Notes: generated from the letters alone by a model not told the origin. Positions 1 through 8,837 are shown, counted from the stretch's first letter. The stretch is DNA of 64,000 nt from Porphyrobacter sp. IPPAS B-1204 (GCA_003724185.1 RHGM01000004.1:59466-123465); one strand, 5' to 3'. Translations and numbers: made by a program.

Positions 1-648
1 AACCTCGTCGATATAGGTCAGCGCGTTGTACTTATCGGCCAGATCGCAGATCGCGTGGATCGGGGCGATGTCCCCGTCCATTGAATAGACGCTTTCAAAC
101 GCGATCAGCTTGGGCGTGTCGATGTCCACGCTGGCGAGCAGTTCTTCAAGATGGGCCACATCATTGTGGCGGAACACCTTCTTCTCGCAGCCCGAATTGC
201 GGATGCCCGCGATCATGCTGGCGTGGTTCAATTCGTCCGAGAAGATCACGCAGCCCGGCAGCAGCTTGGCGAGCGTGGACAGGGTCGCATCGTTCGACAC
301 GTAACCGCTGGTGAACAGCAGGGCTGCATCCTTGCCGTGGAGGTCGGCAAGTTCCGTTTCCAGCTCGACATGCAGGTGCGTGTTGCCGCCGATATTGCGC
401 GTGCCGCCGCTGCCTGCGCCGACATCGTGCAGCGCGGCTTCCATCGCGCCGATCACCTTGTCGTGCTGGCCCATGCAGAGGTAATCGTTCGAGCACCACA
501 CGGTGATCGGCTTGGGGCCGTTGTGCCCGTGAAAACAGCGCGCGTTGGGGTAGGCGCCCTTGTTTCTGAGGATGTCGATGAAGACGCGGTAACGGCCTTC
601 CTCGTGCAGCCGGTCGATCGCGGAATCGAAAATCTGGTCGTAGTTCAC
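1..648 (-). CDS. hemA: 5-aminolevulinate synthase (runs off the window start)
   Basis: Manual minus-strand translation from GTG at 648: VNYDQIFDSAIDRLHEEGRYRVF...WCSNDYL...GAGSGGTRNIGG...LFTSGYVSN...FSDELNHASMIAGI...FRHND...AFESVYSMDGD...TYIDEV. These are ALAS family motifs. The gene is absent from the ORF track because it has no stop in the window. Confidence 0.95.
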   Translation of the reverse strand, partial: MNYDQIFDSAIDRLHEEGRYRVFIDILRNKGAYPNARCFHGHNGPKPITVWCSNDYLCMGQHDKVIGAMEAALHDVGAGSGGTRNIGGNTHLHVELETELADLHGKDAALLFTSGYVSNDATLSTLAKLLPGCVIFSDELNHASMIAGIRNSGCEKKVFRHNDVAHLEELLASVDIDTPKLIAFESVYSMDGDIAPIHAICDLADKYNALTYIDEV

Positions 649-827
649 TCGCGTCTCGCTGCTCTCGCGGCCACCCTGGTGGAGGTGGGCGCGGTGTTCC
701 TGCCCTGCTGTTTTGTCCCGCCATAACGAGCCAGCGGCCTGTTGGTTTCGCGATGGTTATTTAGGGACGAGGGCGCGCTTTTGAAACAGCGATCTTTGCG
801 AGCGTTTCGCAAGGAATTGTGCGGTTT

Positions 828-1628
828 TCAGAACACCTCGGCTGGGCCGAAACCGCGCGATGCCAGCGCTGCCTCCAGCCCCTCAGCCCCGGCCAGTGGC
901 CCGGTCACGATGAAGCGGTTGGGGCCTTGTGCGGCGAATTCCTGCCCCTCCAGCAGATGGGCGATCCGCCGGGCTATGCCGGCTGCACCGTCCACCTGCC
1001 GCACATCAGACCCGAAAGCGGCGGCGAGTTCTTCGCCAAGCAGGGGAAAGTGCGTGCAGGCCAGCACCAGCGCGTCGATGTCTGGGCCACCGGGCATGGC
1101 GGTCAGCCGATCGCGCACATCATCAATCAGCGCCGGATCGACCGCTTGCCCGCGCAGCTTGGCTTCGGCCGCGGCGACAAGCCCGGGGGCAGCAACACGC
1201 AGCAGACGCTTGCCATTGGCAAACTGCGCTTCCAGTTCATCAACATAGGCCTGCCGGATCGTCGCCTCCGTGCCGACGAGGCCGATGGTGCCGGTCTGCG
1301 TCAGCGCGGCCGCAGGCTTGATCGCGGGCACGGTGCCGACCACCGGAAGCTCCAGCACATCGCGCACCATGCCCAATGCAATGGTGCTCGCCGTGTTGCA
1401 GGCGATGCAGACCAGCCGCGGCCGGAACCGCTCCGCCATCCGCCCGAGCAATCCCGCCACCCGCGCCGCGATCTGGCTTTCCGTCTTGGAGCCATAGGGC
1501 AGGCCCGCAAGGTCGGCGGCGTAGATCACCGGAGCTTCGGGCAGCACCTTGCGCAGGGCGTCATAGACGGTCAGCCCGCCGACGCCGGAATCGAACAGCA
1601 GAATGGGGGAGGCGGGGTTATCCGACAA
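828..1628 (-). CDS. murI: glutamate racemase
   Basis: FDSGVGG, IACNTAS and LACTHFP motifs; TTG start. Confidence 0.95.
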   Translation of the reverse strand: MSDNPASPILLFDSGVGGLTVYDALRKVLPEAPVIYAADLAGLPYGSKTESQIAARVAGLLGRMAERFRPRLVCIACNTASTIALGMVRDVLELPVVGTVPAIKPAAALTQTGTIGLVGTEATIRQAYVDELEAQFANGKRLLRVAAPGLVAAAEAKLRGQAVDPALIDDVRDRLTAMPGGPDIDALVLACTHFPLLGEELAAAFGSDVRQVDGAAGIARRIAHLLEGQEFAAQGPNRFIVTGPLAGAEGLEAALASRGFGPAEVF

Positions 1629-1636
1629 AAAAAACT

Positions 1637-1731
1637 CCGTTCGGGCTGAGCTTGTCGAAGCCCTGTCCTTTTCTTTTCAATGTTGGCCATTAGAAGAAAG
1701 TGCAGGGCTTCGACAAGCTTGGCACCAACGG
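1637..1731. repeat. palindromic REP/MITE-like intergenic element with 17-bp perfect inverted arms
   Basis: AGCTTGTCGAAGCCCTG (1649-1665) is the exact reverse complement of CAGGGCTTCGACAAGCT (1703-1719). The spacer is A/T-rich and the ends read CCGTT...AACGG. A related half copy lies at 8686-8712. Confidence 0.8.
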
Positions 1732-1743
1732 GACGGGGTTTTG

Positions 1744-2331
1744 ATGGATTGGGTTTTCGCCGCCGTGCTTGGCTTTGCCTTGGGCTCGATCCCCTTCGGC
1801 CTGATTCTGACCCGTGCCGCCGGGCTGGGCGATGTCCGCCAGATCGGCAGCGGCAGCATCGGGGCGACCAATGTGCTGCGCACCGGCAACAAGGGGCTGG
1901 CGGCGGCGACGGTGCTGCTCGATGCGGCCAAGGCGGCGGTGCCGGTGCTGGTGGCGGGGGCCTTGTGGTCCGGCACGGAAGGCATCGCAGCCGTGGCTGC
2001 CGTGGCAGGTCACTGCTTCACCCCGTGGCTGATGTTCAAGGGCGGCAAGGGCTTTGCCAGCGCAGCAGGCGCACTGCTGGCGCTGGCGTGGCCCGCGATG
2101 CTGGCCTGCGCCGCGATCTGGGCGATCACGCTGTTTGTCAGCCGGATTTCATCGGTGTCGTCGCTGGTGACGGTTGTTGCCGCGCCTGTCGTGGTCTGGC
2201 TGATGGGCTACCCGCAGGCCATCGCGCCGCTGCTTGCCATCGCCGCCATCGTCATCGTCCAGCACCGCGCCAATATCGGGCGGTTGATGCGAGGGGAGGA
2301 GCCGCGTGTCGGTTCCTCGGCCAAGCCGTGA
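1744..2331 (+). CDS. plsY: glycerol-3-phosphate acyltransferase PlsY
   Basis: GSIPFG, GSGSIGATNVLR, GHCF..W..FKGGKG and HRANIGRL motifs; ATG at 1744 chosen over the upstream start in the ORF track. Confidence 0.93.
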   Translation: MDWVFAAVLGFALGSIPFGLILTRAAGLGDVRQIGSGSIGATNVLRTGNKGLAAATVLLDAAKAAVPVLVAGALWSGTEGIAAVAAVAGHCFTPWLMFKGGKGFASAAGALLALAWPAMLACAAIWAITLFVSRISSVSSLVTVVAAPVVVWLMGYPQAIAPLLAIAAIVIVQHRANIGRLMRGEEPRVGSSAKP

Positions 2332-2347
2332 TGCGGGGCATCATCTG

Positions 2348-3484
2348 ATGGAGCAACAGGGGTCGCAGCCGGTGCTCTCGCAACAGGAGGCTTTTGCGCG
2401 CATCCGCCTGCTGCGCTCGCCCAATATCGGCCCGATCAGCTATCGCCAGCTGATCGCCCGCTTCGGCACGGCAGCGGCGGCGCTGGATGCGCTGCCCGAT
2501 CTCGCCAGCCGGGGGAGGGGGCCATACCGTCCCGCCGCCGCTGACAGCATCGAGCGCGAGGTGGCGGCGGTGCGCAGGGCCGGGGCGCGGTATCTGTTCC
2601 ATGATCAGCCCGATTACCCCGCGCTGCTGGCTGAACTCGACAGCGCTCCGCCGATTGTGACGTGCCGCGGCAGGCTGGCGCTCGCGTCCGAACCCTGCGT
2701 CGCGCTGGTCGGCGCCCGCAACGCCAGCGCCGCCGCCGTCAAGCTGGCCCGCGATTTCGGCAGCGCTCTGGCCGAGGCGGGGTTCACTGTCGTCTCGGGC
2801 CTTGCGCGGGGCATCGACGGGGCGGCGCATGAGGGCGCGTTCCCGCACACCATCGGGGTGATCGCCAGCGGGATCGACATCACCTATCCGCCGCAGCACG
2901 TGGACTTGCAGGAGCGGATCGCGACAGAGGGCCTGCTGATCGCCGAGCAGCCCCCCGGCACCGAACCACGCGGGCGGCATTTCCCGTCGCGCAACCGCAT
3001 CATCGCAGGCCTTGCGTCAGGAACATTGGTCATCGAGGCCGCACCGCAATCAGGCTCCCTCATCACCGCAAGGCTGGCGGGCGAGGCGGGGCGCGAGGTT
3101 ATGGCCATCCCCGGCTCCCCGCTCGATGCGCGGGCGCTGGGGTGCAACCAGCTGATCCGCGAAGGCGCGGTGCTGGTGCAGACGCCGGACGAGGTGGTGG
3201 AACTCCTCCAAAGCTTCACCGGCGCGCCGCGCTCGCAATTCCGGGTGGGCGAAGGTGCGGTGGATTTCGATTACGCCGAACTCGCCAAGCTGGACTGGGG
3301 GGAGTCGCGGGCCGACCTCAGCACCGACATCGCCAACCTGCTGACCAACGCGCCGGTCGCGGTGGACGAACTGATCCGCCAGTCAGGCGCGGGCGTGGCG
3401 GAGGTGCACATGGCGCTGCTGGAACTGGAACTGGCAGGCGATCTGGTGCGCGAAGTGGATGGGGCGGTGCGGCGCGCCGGGTAA
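2348..3484 (+). CDS. dprA: DNA-processing protein DprA
   Basis: VALVGARNAS, VVSGLARGIDGAAH, FPSRNRIIAGL and SGSLITA motifs; classic plsY-dprA-topA synteny. Confidence 0.93.
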   Translation: MEQQGSQPVLSQQEAFARIRLLRSPNIGPISYRQLIARFGTAAAALDALPDLASRGRGPYRPAAADSIEREVAAVRRAGARYLFHDQPDYPALLAELDSAPPIVTCRGRLALASEPCVALVGARNASAAAVKLARDFGSALAEAGFTVVSGLARGIDGAAHEGAFPHTIGVIASGIDITYPPQHVDLQERIATEGLLIAEQPPGTEPRGRHFPSRNRIIAGLASGTLVIEAAPQSGSLITARLAGEAGREVMAIPGSPLDARALGCNQLIREGAVLVQTPDEVVELLQSFTGAPRSQFRVGEGAVDFDYAELAKLDWGESRADLSTDIANLLTNAPVAVDELIRQSGAGVAEVHMALLELELAGDLVREVDGAVRRAG

Positions 3485-3572
3485 GCAGACCATTTGCACA
3501 ACCCGCTTGACGCTGTAAGCGCCGCAGCCCCACCCTCGCGCGTACACACGTAAGGGACACCCCGGCACCATC

Positions 3573-6143
3573 ATGCAGCTTGTCATCGTTGAATCCCCCG
3601 CCAAGGCGAAAACCATCGAGAAATATCTCGGCAAGGACTTCAAGGTTCTCGCATCCTATGGCCACGTCCGCGATCTGCCGCCCAAGGATGGCAGCGTCGA
3701 TCCGGATGCGGACTTCGCGATGGAGTGGGAACTCTACCGCGACAAGCAGAGCCGCTTCAAAGAGATTTCCGACGCCGCCAAGAGCGCAAGCCGCCTCGTG
3801 CTGGCAACTGACCCTGACCGTGAGGGCGAGGCGATCAGCTGGCACGTGCTGGAGCTGCTGAAGAAGAAGAAAAGCGTCCCCGCCAACGTCCAGCGCGTGA
3901 CCTTCAACGCGATCACCAAACAGGCCGTGACCGAAGCGATGGCCCGCCCGCGTGAACTCGATCAGCCGCTGATTGACGCCTATCTGGCGCGCCGTGCGCT
4001 CGACTACCTGTTCGGCTTCACCCTCTCGCCCGTGTTGTGGCGCAAGCTTCCCGGCGCCAAGAGCGCGGGCCGCGTGCAATCGGTCGCGCTGCGGCTGATC
4101 GTCGAGCGCGAGCGCGAGATCGAGGCGTTCCGGGCGGACGAATACTGGAGCGTCGTTGCGCGGATGATGCACGATGGCACCGAGTTCGATGCGCGTCTGG
4201 TCAAATTCCGCGGCGACAAGCTGGAGAAGCTCAGCCTCGGCAAGGAAGGCATTGCGATGGAGGCCAAGGCCGCTGTCGAAGCCGGGCGCTTCACGGTCGA
4301 AGGTGTCGAGACCAAGCCGGTCAAGCGCAACCCCGCCCCGCCGTTCACCACCTCCACGCTCCAGCAGGAAGCTGCGCGCAAGCTTGGCTACTCCGCGCAG
4401 CACACGATGCGGCTGGCGCAGAGCCTCTACGAAGCGGGCGCGATCACATACATGCGGACCGATGGCGTGCAGATGGACATGAGCGCCATCCACGCCGCGC
4501 GCGATGCCATTGCGGCGCGCTTCAGCGAGGATTACCGCCCCGAAAAACCGCGCTTTTACAGTACCAAGGCGAAGAACGCGCAGGAAGCGCACGAGGCGAT
4601 CCGCCCGACCGATTTCACCCGTGAACGGGTCGGCAGCGGGGATGAGGCCAAGCTGTATGACCTGATCTTCAAGCGCGCGATGGCCAGCCAGATGGCGACC
4701 GCGCAGCTTGAACGCACCATTGTCACCTTCCGCGATGCGACCGGCCAGCACGAACTGCGCGCCACCGGCCAGGTGATCCGCTTTCCGGGTTTCCTCGCGG
4801 TGTATCAGGAAGGCTTTGACGACGCCGATGATGATGAAAGCGGGCTGCTGCCGGTGATGAAATCGGGCGACTGCCCGGCCAAGCGCGCCGTGGATGCCAC
4901 CCAGCACTTCACCCAGCCGCCGCCGCGTTTCTCCGAAGCGTCGCTGGTGAAGCGTCTGGAGGAACTCGGCATCGGGCGCCCGTCCACCTACGCCTCGACC
5001 ATCCAGACCCTGCGGGATCGCAGCTACGTCCGCATGGAGAAGAACCGCTTCTTCGCCGAGGAATCCGGCCGCCTGCTGACCGCCTTCCTCGAACGCTTCT
5101 TCCCGACCTATGTCGCCTATGATTTCACGGCCGGGATGGAGGACGAACTCGACATCGTTTCCGACGGGCGCGAGGATTATAAGCTGCTGCTCGCCCGGTT
5201 CTGGAAGGACTTCAAGCCCAAGGCCGACGAGGTGATGGAAAAGCTGCCTTCGGAAGTGACCGAGGCGCTGGACGAATACCTCTCCGACTTCCTGTTCCCG
5301 CCGCGTGAAGACGGCGCAGACCCGCGTGCCTGCCCGCTGTGCGCCAGCGAGGGCCGCGCCAATGGCCGCCTGTCCCTGCGCGGCGGCAAGTTCGGCGCCT
5401 TTGTCGCCTGCGTGAACTACCCCGAATGCAAATTCACCCGCCGCTTTGCCCAGCCGGGCGGCGAGGGCGCGGACGGGGCGGATGATGGCGTGATGGGCCA
5501 GCACCCGGAAACGGGCGAGGATATCCACCGCAAGACCGGGCGCTTTGGCCCCTATGTCCAGATGGGCGATGGCAAGGAAGCGAAACGCGCCAGCATCCCC
5601 AAGGATCTCGATGATTTCGATCTCGATTGGGCGGTCAAGCTGCTTGATCTGCCCCGCATCGTCGGCGCGCACCCTGACACGGGGCTGGAAATCGAAGCCA
5701 ATATCGGGCGTTACGGCCCGTACCTGCGGCATGACGGCAAGTACGGGAAGCTGACCAACACCCGCGATGTGTTCGAAGTCGGGATGAACCGTGCGGTCGC
5801 GCTTCTGGCTGAAGCCGCCAATCGCGGCGGGGCGTCACGCGGCAAGTCCGAACCGATGGCGACATTGGGCGCGCACCCCGTCAGCGGGGGCGAGATCAAG
5901 GTCATGCCGGGCCGCTTTGGCCCCTACGTGACCGACGGCACCACCAACGCCACCATCCCACGTGACACCAAGCCCGAAGACGTGACGCTGGAAGCCGCGA
6001 TCGCGCTGATCGATGCCCGCATTGCCAAGGGCCCGCCGGCCAAGAAGGGCAAGAAGAAAGCGGCGCCCAAAAAGGCCGCTGCCAAAAAGCCCGCCGCCAA
6101 GAAAGCGCCTGCGAAAAAGAAAGCTCCGGCCAAGCAGGCCTGA
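3573..6143 (+). CDS. topA: DNA topoisomerase I
   Basis: LVIVESPAKAKTI, LATDPDREGE, SAGRVQS and ITYMRTD (catalytic Tyr) motifs; one Cys4 zinc ribbon, C-terminal repeats and a Lys/Ala-rich tail. Confidence 0.97.
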   Translation: MQLVIVESPAKAKTIEKYLGKDFKVLASYGHVRDLPPKDGSVDPDADFAMEWELYRDKQSRFKEISDAAKSASRLVLATDPDREGEAISWHVLELLKKKKSVPANVQRVTFNAITKQAVTEAMARPRELDQPLIDAYLARRALDYLFGFTLSPVLWRKLPGAKSAGRVQSVALRLIVEREREIEAFRADEYWSVVARMMHDGTEFDARLVKFRGDKLEKLSLGKEGIAMEAKAAVEAGRFTVEGVETKPVKRNPAPPFTTSTLQQEAARKLGYSAQHTMRLAQSLYEAGAITYMRTDGVQMDMSAIHAARDAIAARFSEDYRPEKPRFYSTKAKNAQEAHEAIRPTDFTRERVGSGDEAKLYDLIFKRAMASQMATAQLERTIVTFRDATGQHELRATGQVIRFPGFLAVYQEGFDDADDDESGLLPVMKSGDCPAKRAVDATQHFTQPPPRFSEASLVKRLEELGIGRPSTYASTIQTLRDRSYVRMEKNRFFAEESGRLLTAFLERFFPTYVAYDFTAGMEDELDIVSDGREDYKLLLARFWKDFKPKADEVMEKLPSEVTEALDEYLSDFLFPPREDGADPRACPLCASEGRANGRLSLRGGKFGAFVACVNYPECKFTRRFAQPGGEGADGADDGVMGQHPETGEDIHRKTGRFGPYVQMGDGKEAKRASIPKDLDDFDLDWAVKLLDLPRIVGAHPDTGLEIEANIGRYGPYLRHDGKYGKLTNTRDVFEVGMNRAVALLAEAANRGGASRGKSEPMATLGAHPVSGGEIKVMPGRFGPYVTDGTTNATIPRDTKPEDVTLEAAIALIDARIAKGPPAKKGKKKAAPKKAAAKKPAAKKAPAKKKAPAKQA

Positions 6144-6256
6144 CAACGCGACGAACCGAGTGGCGGGGCGGTGCAAAATGCCGCTCCGGCCCTCGGGCGT
6201 TTGCAAATAATAAAGCATTTGAACCTTACCACGGTGGCCGGAAAAAGGGCTGCGCC

Positions 6257-7216
6257 GTGATCGAAATCGAAGTCCAGAACGAGACACACCAAACCCAGGC
6301 ACGCATCCGCTTTGCTGCGGTGCCCCGCATCGGCGAAGGCATCCGCCTGCGCGAACCCGATGGCATGTGGGCGAGTTATGATGTGCTCGACGTATGGTAT
6401 CAAAAGGCCGAATTCGGCGATGTGTGGATGCCCTATCTCCACATTCGCATGACGCCCGGCGAAGAGGTCGGCACGCTCGATTCCGCCGATCCCTATTCCG
6501 ACGATTACGCTGCCAAGGCCTTCGAGGCGGGCTTTGCGAGCATGGGCGGGGGGGCGATAATCGTGCAGAACCTGATCAAGCGCAATTCCGGCCCCAACCG
6601 CCGCACCGGCCTTGAAGGCAAGACGCTGGCGGAAAAGCTGGCGCAGAACGAAAAGGTGCTCGCCGCCGCTGCTGACGAGGACGAGGCCCGCGTTGCCGCC
6701 GAGGCTGCGGCCCCGCCGCGCCCGGCCAAAGCGGCGCCGGCTGCTCCGGCCGCTGCCGGAACACCGCACGTTGACGATACCGCCGCCATCGTCGCTGCCG
6801 CCAAGGCGATGCGCGACCGTTACGCCGGCACCTCCGTGTCCGCCGCGACCGCCAAGACCTGCCTGATCGTCGATGACAGCCGGGTGATCCGCAAGGTTTC
6901 CAGCAAGATCGCGCTCAGCCTCGGCTATGTCCCGGTGGAGGCCGAAAACGGCGAGGAAGCCTTGGCGCGTTGCAAGAAATCCATGCCCGATCTGGTGCTG
7001 ACCGACTGGAACATGCCCGAAATGGACGGGATCGAATTCGTCACCAAGCTCCGCTCCATCCCCACACCCAAGGAGCCGGTCGTGGTGTTCTGCACCTCGA
7101 ACGGCGAGGCGAAGGACATTCACGACGGCATCGCGGCGGGCGCGGACGATTACATCGTCAAGCCGTTCGACGAGGCTGCCCTGAAGGCGAAGCTGGAGAA
7201 GCTGGGGCGGGGGTAG
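6257..7216 (+). CDS. CheY-like receiver protein with a ~200-aa N-terminal extension (unknown domain plus Ala/Pro linker)
   Basis: The C-terminal ~120 aa (TCLIVDDSRVIRK...LTDWNMPEMDG...FCTS...YIVKPFD) form an intact receiver domain. There is no output domain. GTG start. Confidence 0.85.
   Translation: MIEIEVQNETHQTQARIRFAAVPRIGEGIRLREPDGMWASYDVLDVWYQKAEFGDVWMPYLHIRMTPGEEVGTLDSADPYSDDYAAKAFEAGFASMGGGAIIVQNLIKRNSGPNRRTGLEGKTLAEKLAQNEKVLAAAADEDEARVAAEAAAPPRPAKAAPAAPAAAGTPHVDDTAAIVAAAKAMRDRYAGTSVSAATAKTCLIVDDSRVIRKVSSKIALSLGYVPVEAENGEEALARCKKSMPDLVLTDWNMPEMDGIEFVTKLRSIPTPKEPVVVFCTSNGEAKDIHDGIAAGADDYIVKPFDEAALKAKLEKLGRG
7189..7215 (+). repeat. 27-bp direct repeat, copy 1 (3' end of the regulator gene)
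   Basis: GAAGCTGGAGAAGCTGGGGCGGGGGTA; 26/27 identical to 7586-7612. Confidence 0.9.
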
Positions 7217-7228
7217 GCCCGCGCCAGG

Positions 7229-7489
7229 TTACGGCCTGCCGCGACGGACCATATTGAGCAGCAGCAGCAGCAGGACCGATCCAAGCAGCGAGACCGCAAT
7301 CGCGCTGAGGCTGAGATCGCCGCTCATGATGTTGCCGCCGCCGATGAGCGGATTGAGCAGAAAACCGGCAAGCAGCGCGCCGACAATCCCGACGACGACG
7401 TTCATCAGGATACCGCCGCCGCCGCCCACCAGCATGCTGGCCACCCAGCCGATAAGGCCGCCGACGACCAAAAGAATGATAAGGTTCAT
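7229..7489 (-). CDS. GlsB/YeaQ/YmgE family stress-response membrane protein
   Basis: 86 aa with three hydrophobic Gly-rich helices (GGLIGWVAS...NVVVGIVGALLAG...SLLGSVLLL). Confidence 0.85.
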   Translation of the reverse strand: MNLIILLVVGGLIGWVASMLVGGGGGILMNVVVGIVGALLAGFLLNPLIGGGNIMSGDLSLSAIAVSLLGSVLLLLLLNMVRRGRP

Positions 7490-7518
7490 TGCATTTTTCC
7501 CATGATTGTCTCCGTTCT

Positions 7519-7543
7519 ACCGGAGAACAGTCGTCCTTGTTCC
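7519..7543 (-). promoter_or_regulatory. possible EcfG/sigmaT general-stress promoter
   Basis: Minus strand reads GGAAC-N16-CGGT, one mismatch from GGAAC-N16-CGTT, 30 nt upstream of the GlsB/YeaQ start. Confidence 0.45.
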
Positions 7544-7585
7544 GTGACGGTGCGAATTCCGCCATGGGCACGCGGGGGGAAGAGT

Positions 7586-7612
7586 GAAGCTGGAGACGCT
7601 GGGGCGGGGGTA
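7586..7612 (+). repeat. 27-bp direct repeat, copy 2
   Basis: GAAGCTGGAGACGCTGGGGCGGGGGTA; followed by A, giving KLETLGRG-TAA in the same frame as copy 1. Confidence 0.9.
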
Positions 7613-7622
7613 AGCCACCCCT

Positions 7623-7647
7623 CGTCGCCCCGGACTTGATCCGGGGC
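7623..7647 (+). repeat. CGTC-tagged palindromic (REP-like) repeat
   Basis: CGTC-GCCCCGG-ACTTGAT-CCGGGGC hairpin; same family as 20420 and 21296. Confidence 0.75.
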
Positions 7648-7729
7648 TTGGCTTATTTTTCTTCAACATGCGCCGGAAGTAGCCAGGCTCCGTTTGAAAC
7701 ACGGGGCGACGAAAACGATTCGCTCGCAC

Positions 7730-8671
7730 CTAACGCACCCAATCGAGCCCCATTTCCTCGAAAATCTCCTTGTCCTCGGCCCAATTCTCAAGCTGCTTCA
7801 CATGGAGATACAGGTGCACCGGCACGCCCAGCACTTCGGACAATTCCTTGCGCGCCGCAGCCCCGATCTGCTTGATCCGTGAGCCGCCCTTGCCGAGCAC
7901 GATGGCGCGCTGCGTTTCGCGGGCGACCACGATCTGCTGGTGGATTTCGATGCTGCCGTCGGCGCGCACCTCGTATTTCTCGGGCCGCACCGCGCTGTCA
8001 TAGGGCAGTTCTTCGTGCAGCTGCTGGTAGAGCTGTTCGCGGGTGATTTCGGCGGCGAGCAGGCGTTCGGATGCGTCCGACACCTGATCTTCGGGGTACA
8101 TCCATTCGGCTTCGGGCATCATGCCCGCCAGCGCGTCCTTCAGCTCGGGCACCCCGTCACCGTTCAGCGCCGAAACGAAGTAGATCTCCGCAAAATCGAC
8201 CTTGCCCGAAAGCTCCTGCGCCAGTGCCAGCAGGGGTTCTTTCTTGGCGCGGTCAACCTTGTTGAGGACGAGGATCTTGCGTTCGGGCCGGTTCGCCAGC
8301 GCCTCCAGCAGCGGTTCCAGCTCGTGGCGGCGCTGCTTGATCGGATCGACCAGCAGCAGCACCGCATCGGCGGCCTCCGCGCCTTCCCATGCGGCGCTGA
8401 CCATCGCGCGGTCCAGCCTGCGGCGGGGGGCGAAGATGCCGGGCGTATCGACCAGGATCATCTGCACCCCGGCGCCGTTCAATTCGTGCAGCGCAATGCC
8501 GAGCATCCGCGCACGGGTGGTCTGGGCCTTGGCGCTGGTGATGGCGACCTTCTGGCCGACAAGCTGGTTCACCAGAGTCGATTTGCCGGCGTTCGGCGCG
8601 CCGATCACGGCAACCATGCCGCAGCGGGTCGGGGCGGTGTCGGGGTCGGAAAGAGGGGGTGTGTCTGTCAT
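7730..8671 (-). CDS. era: GTPase Era
   Basis: GAPNAGKST, QTTR, DTPG and NKVD motifs plus a C-terminal KH domain (VLGKGGSRIKQIG). Confidence 0.97.
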   Translation of the reverse strand: MTDTPPLSDPDTAPTRCGMVAVIGAPNAGKSTLVNQLVGQKVAITSAKAQTTRARMLGIALHELNGAGVQMILVDTPGIFAPRRRLDRAMVSAAWEGAEAADAVLLLVDPIKQRRHELEPLLEALANRPERKILVLNKVDRAKKEPLLALAQELSGKVDFAEIYFVSALNGDGVPELKDALAGMMPEAEWMYPEDQVSDASERLLAAEITREQLYQQLHEELPYDSAVRPEKYEVRADGSIEIHQQIVVARETQRAIVLGKGGSRIKQIGAAARKELSEVLGVPVHLYLHVKQLENWAEDKEIFEEMGLDWVR

Positions 8672-8685
8672 GAAAAGAACAATAT

Positions 8686-8712
8686 CCGTTTGGGTGAAGC
8701 TTGTCGAAGGGC
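8686..8712 (+). repeat. degenerate half copy of the 1637-1731 element
   Basis: CCGTTTGGGTGAAGCTTGTCGAAGGGC versus CCGTTCGGGCTGAGCTTGTCGAAGCCC. Confidence 0.65.
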
Positions 8713-8806
8713 AGAGTGGGGTTGGGTGCGGTTTGCGCAGGCTTGATCCGGCTTAGACCCCGTCTCAGCCCCTGCCAGATGAGGGTGTGTTATCCGAATA
8801 AGTCAG

Positions 8807-8822
8807 TGTTTCACGTGAAACA
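8807..8822. promoter_or_regulatory. parS centromere site (ParB binding)
   Basis: Perfect 16-bp palindrome TGTTTCACGTGAAACA, identical to the canonical chromosomal parS consensus, in intergenic DNA. Confidence 0.88.
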
Positions 8823-8837
8823 TTAAGGGAACAAATC

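Noticed and set aside
1603-1743. Upstream N-terminal extensions in the ORF track (plsY, lepB, rnc, secA, addA and others)
   Set aside because: The extensions run through repeats or neighbouring genes. Downstream starts give family-typical N-termini and 4-nt start/stop overlaps.
3318-5732. Very long antisense ORFs (also 17197-19470, 28568-30196, 43757-45286, 45317-47602, 49959-51896 and 60147-62042)
   Set aside because: They are shadow frames opposite well-supported genes. High GC3 suppresses stops on the reverse strand, and the translations carry no recognisable motifs.
8760-8837. oriC next to the parS site
   Set aside because: I saw no TTATCCACA-type DnaA boxes or extended A/T-rich unwinding element, and no dnaA, hemE or parAB nearby in the window.
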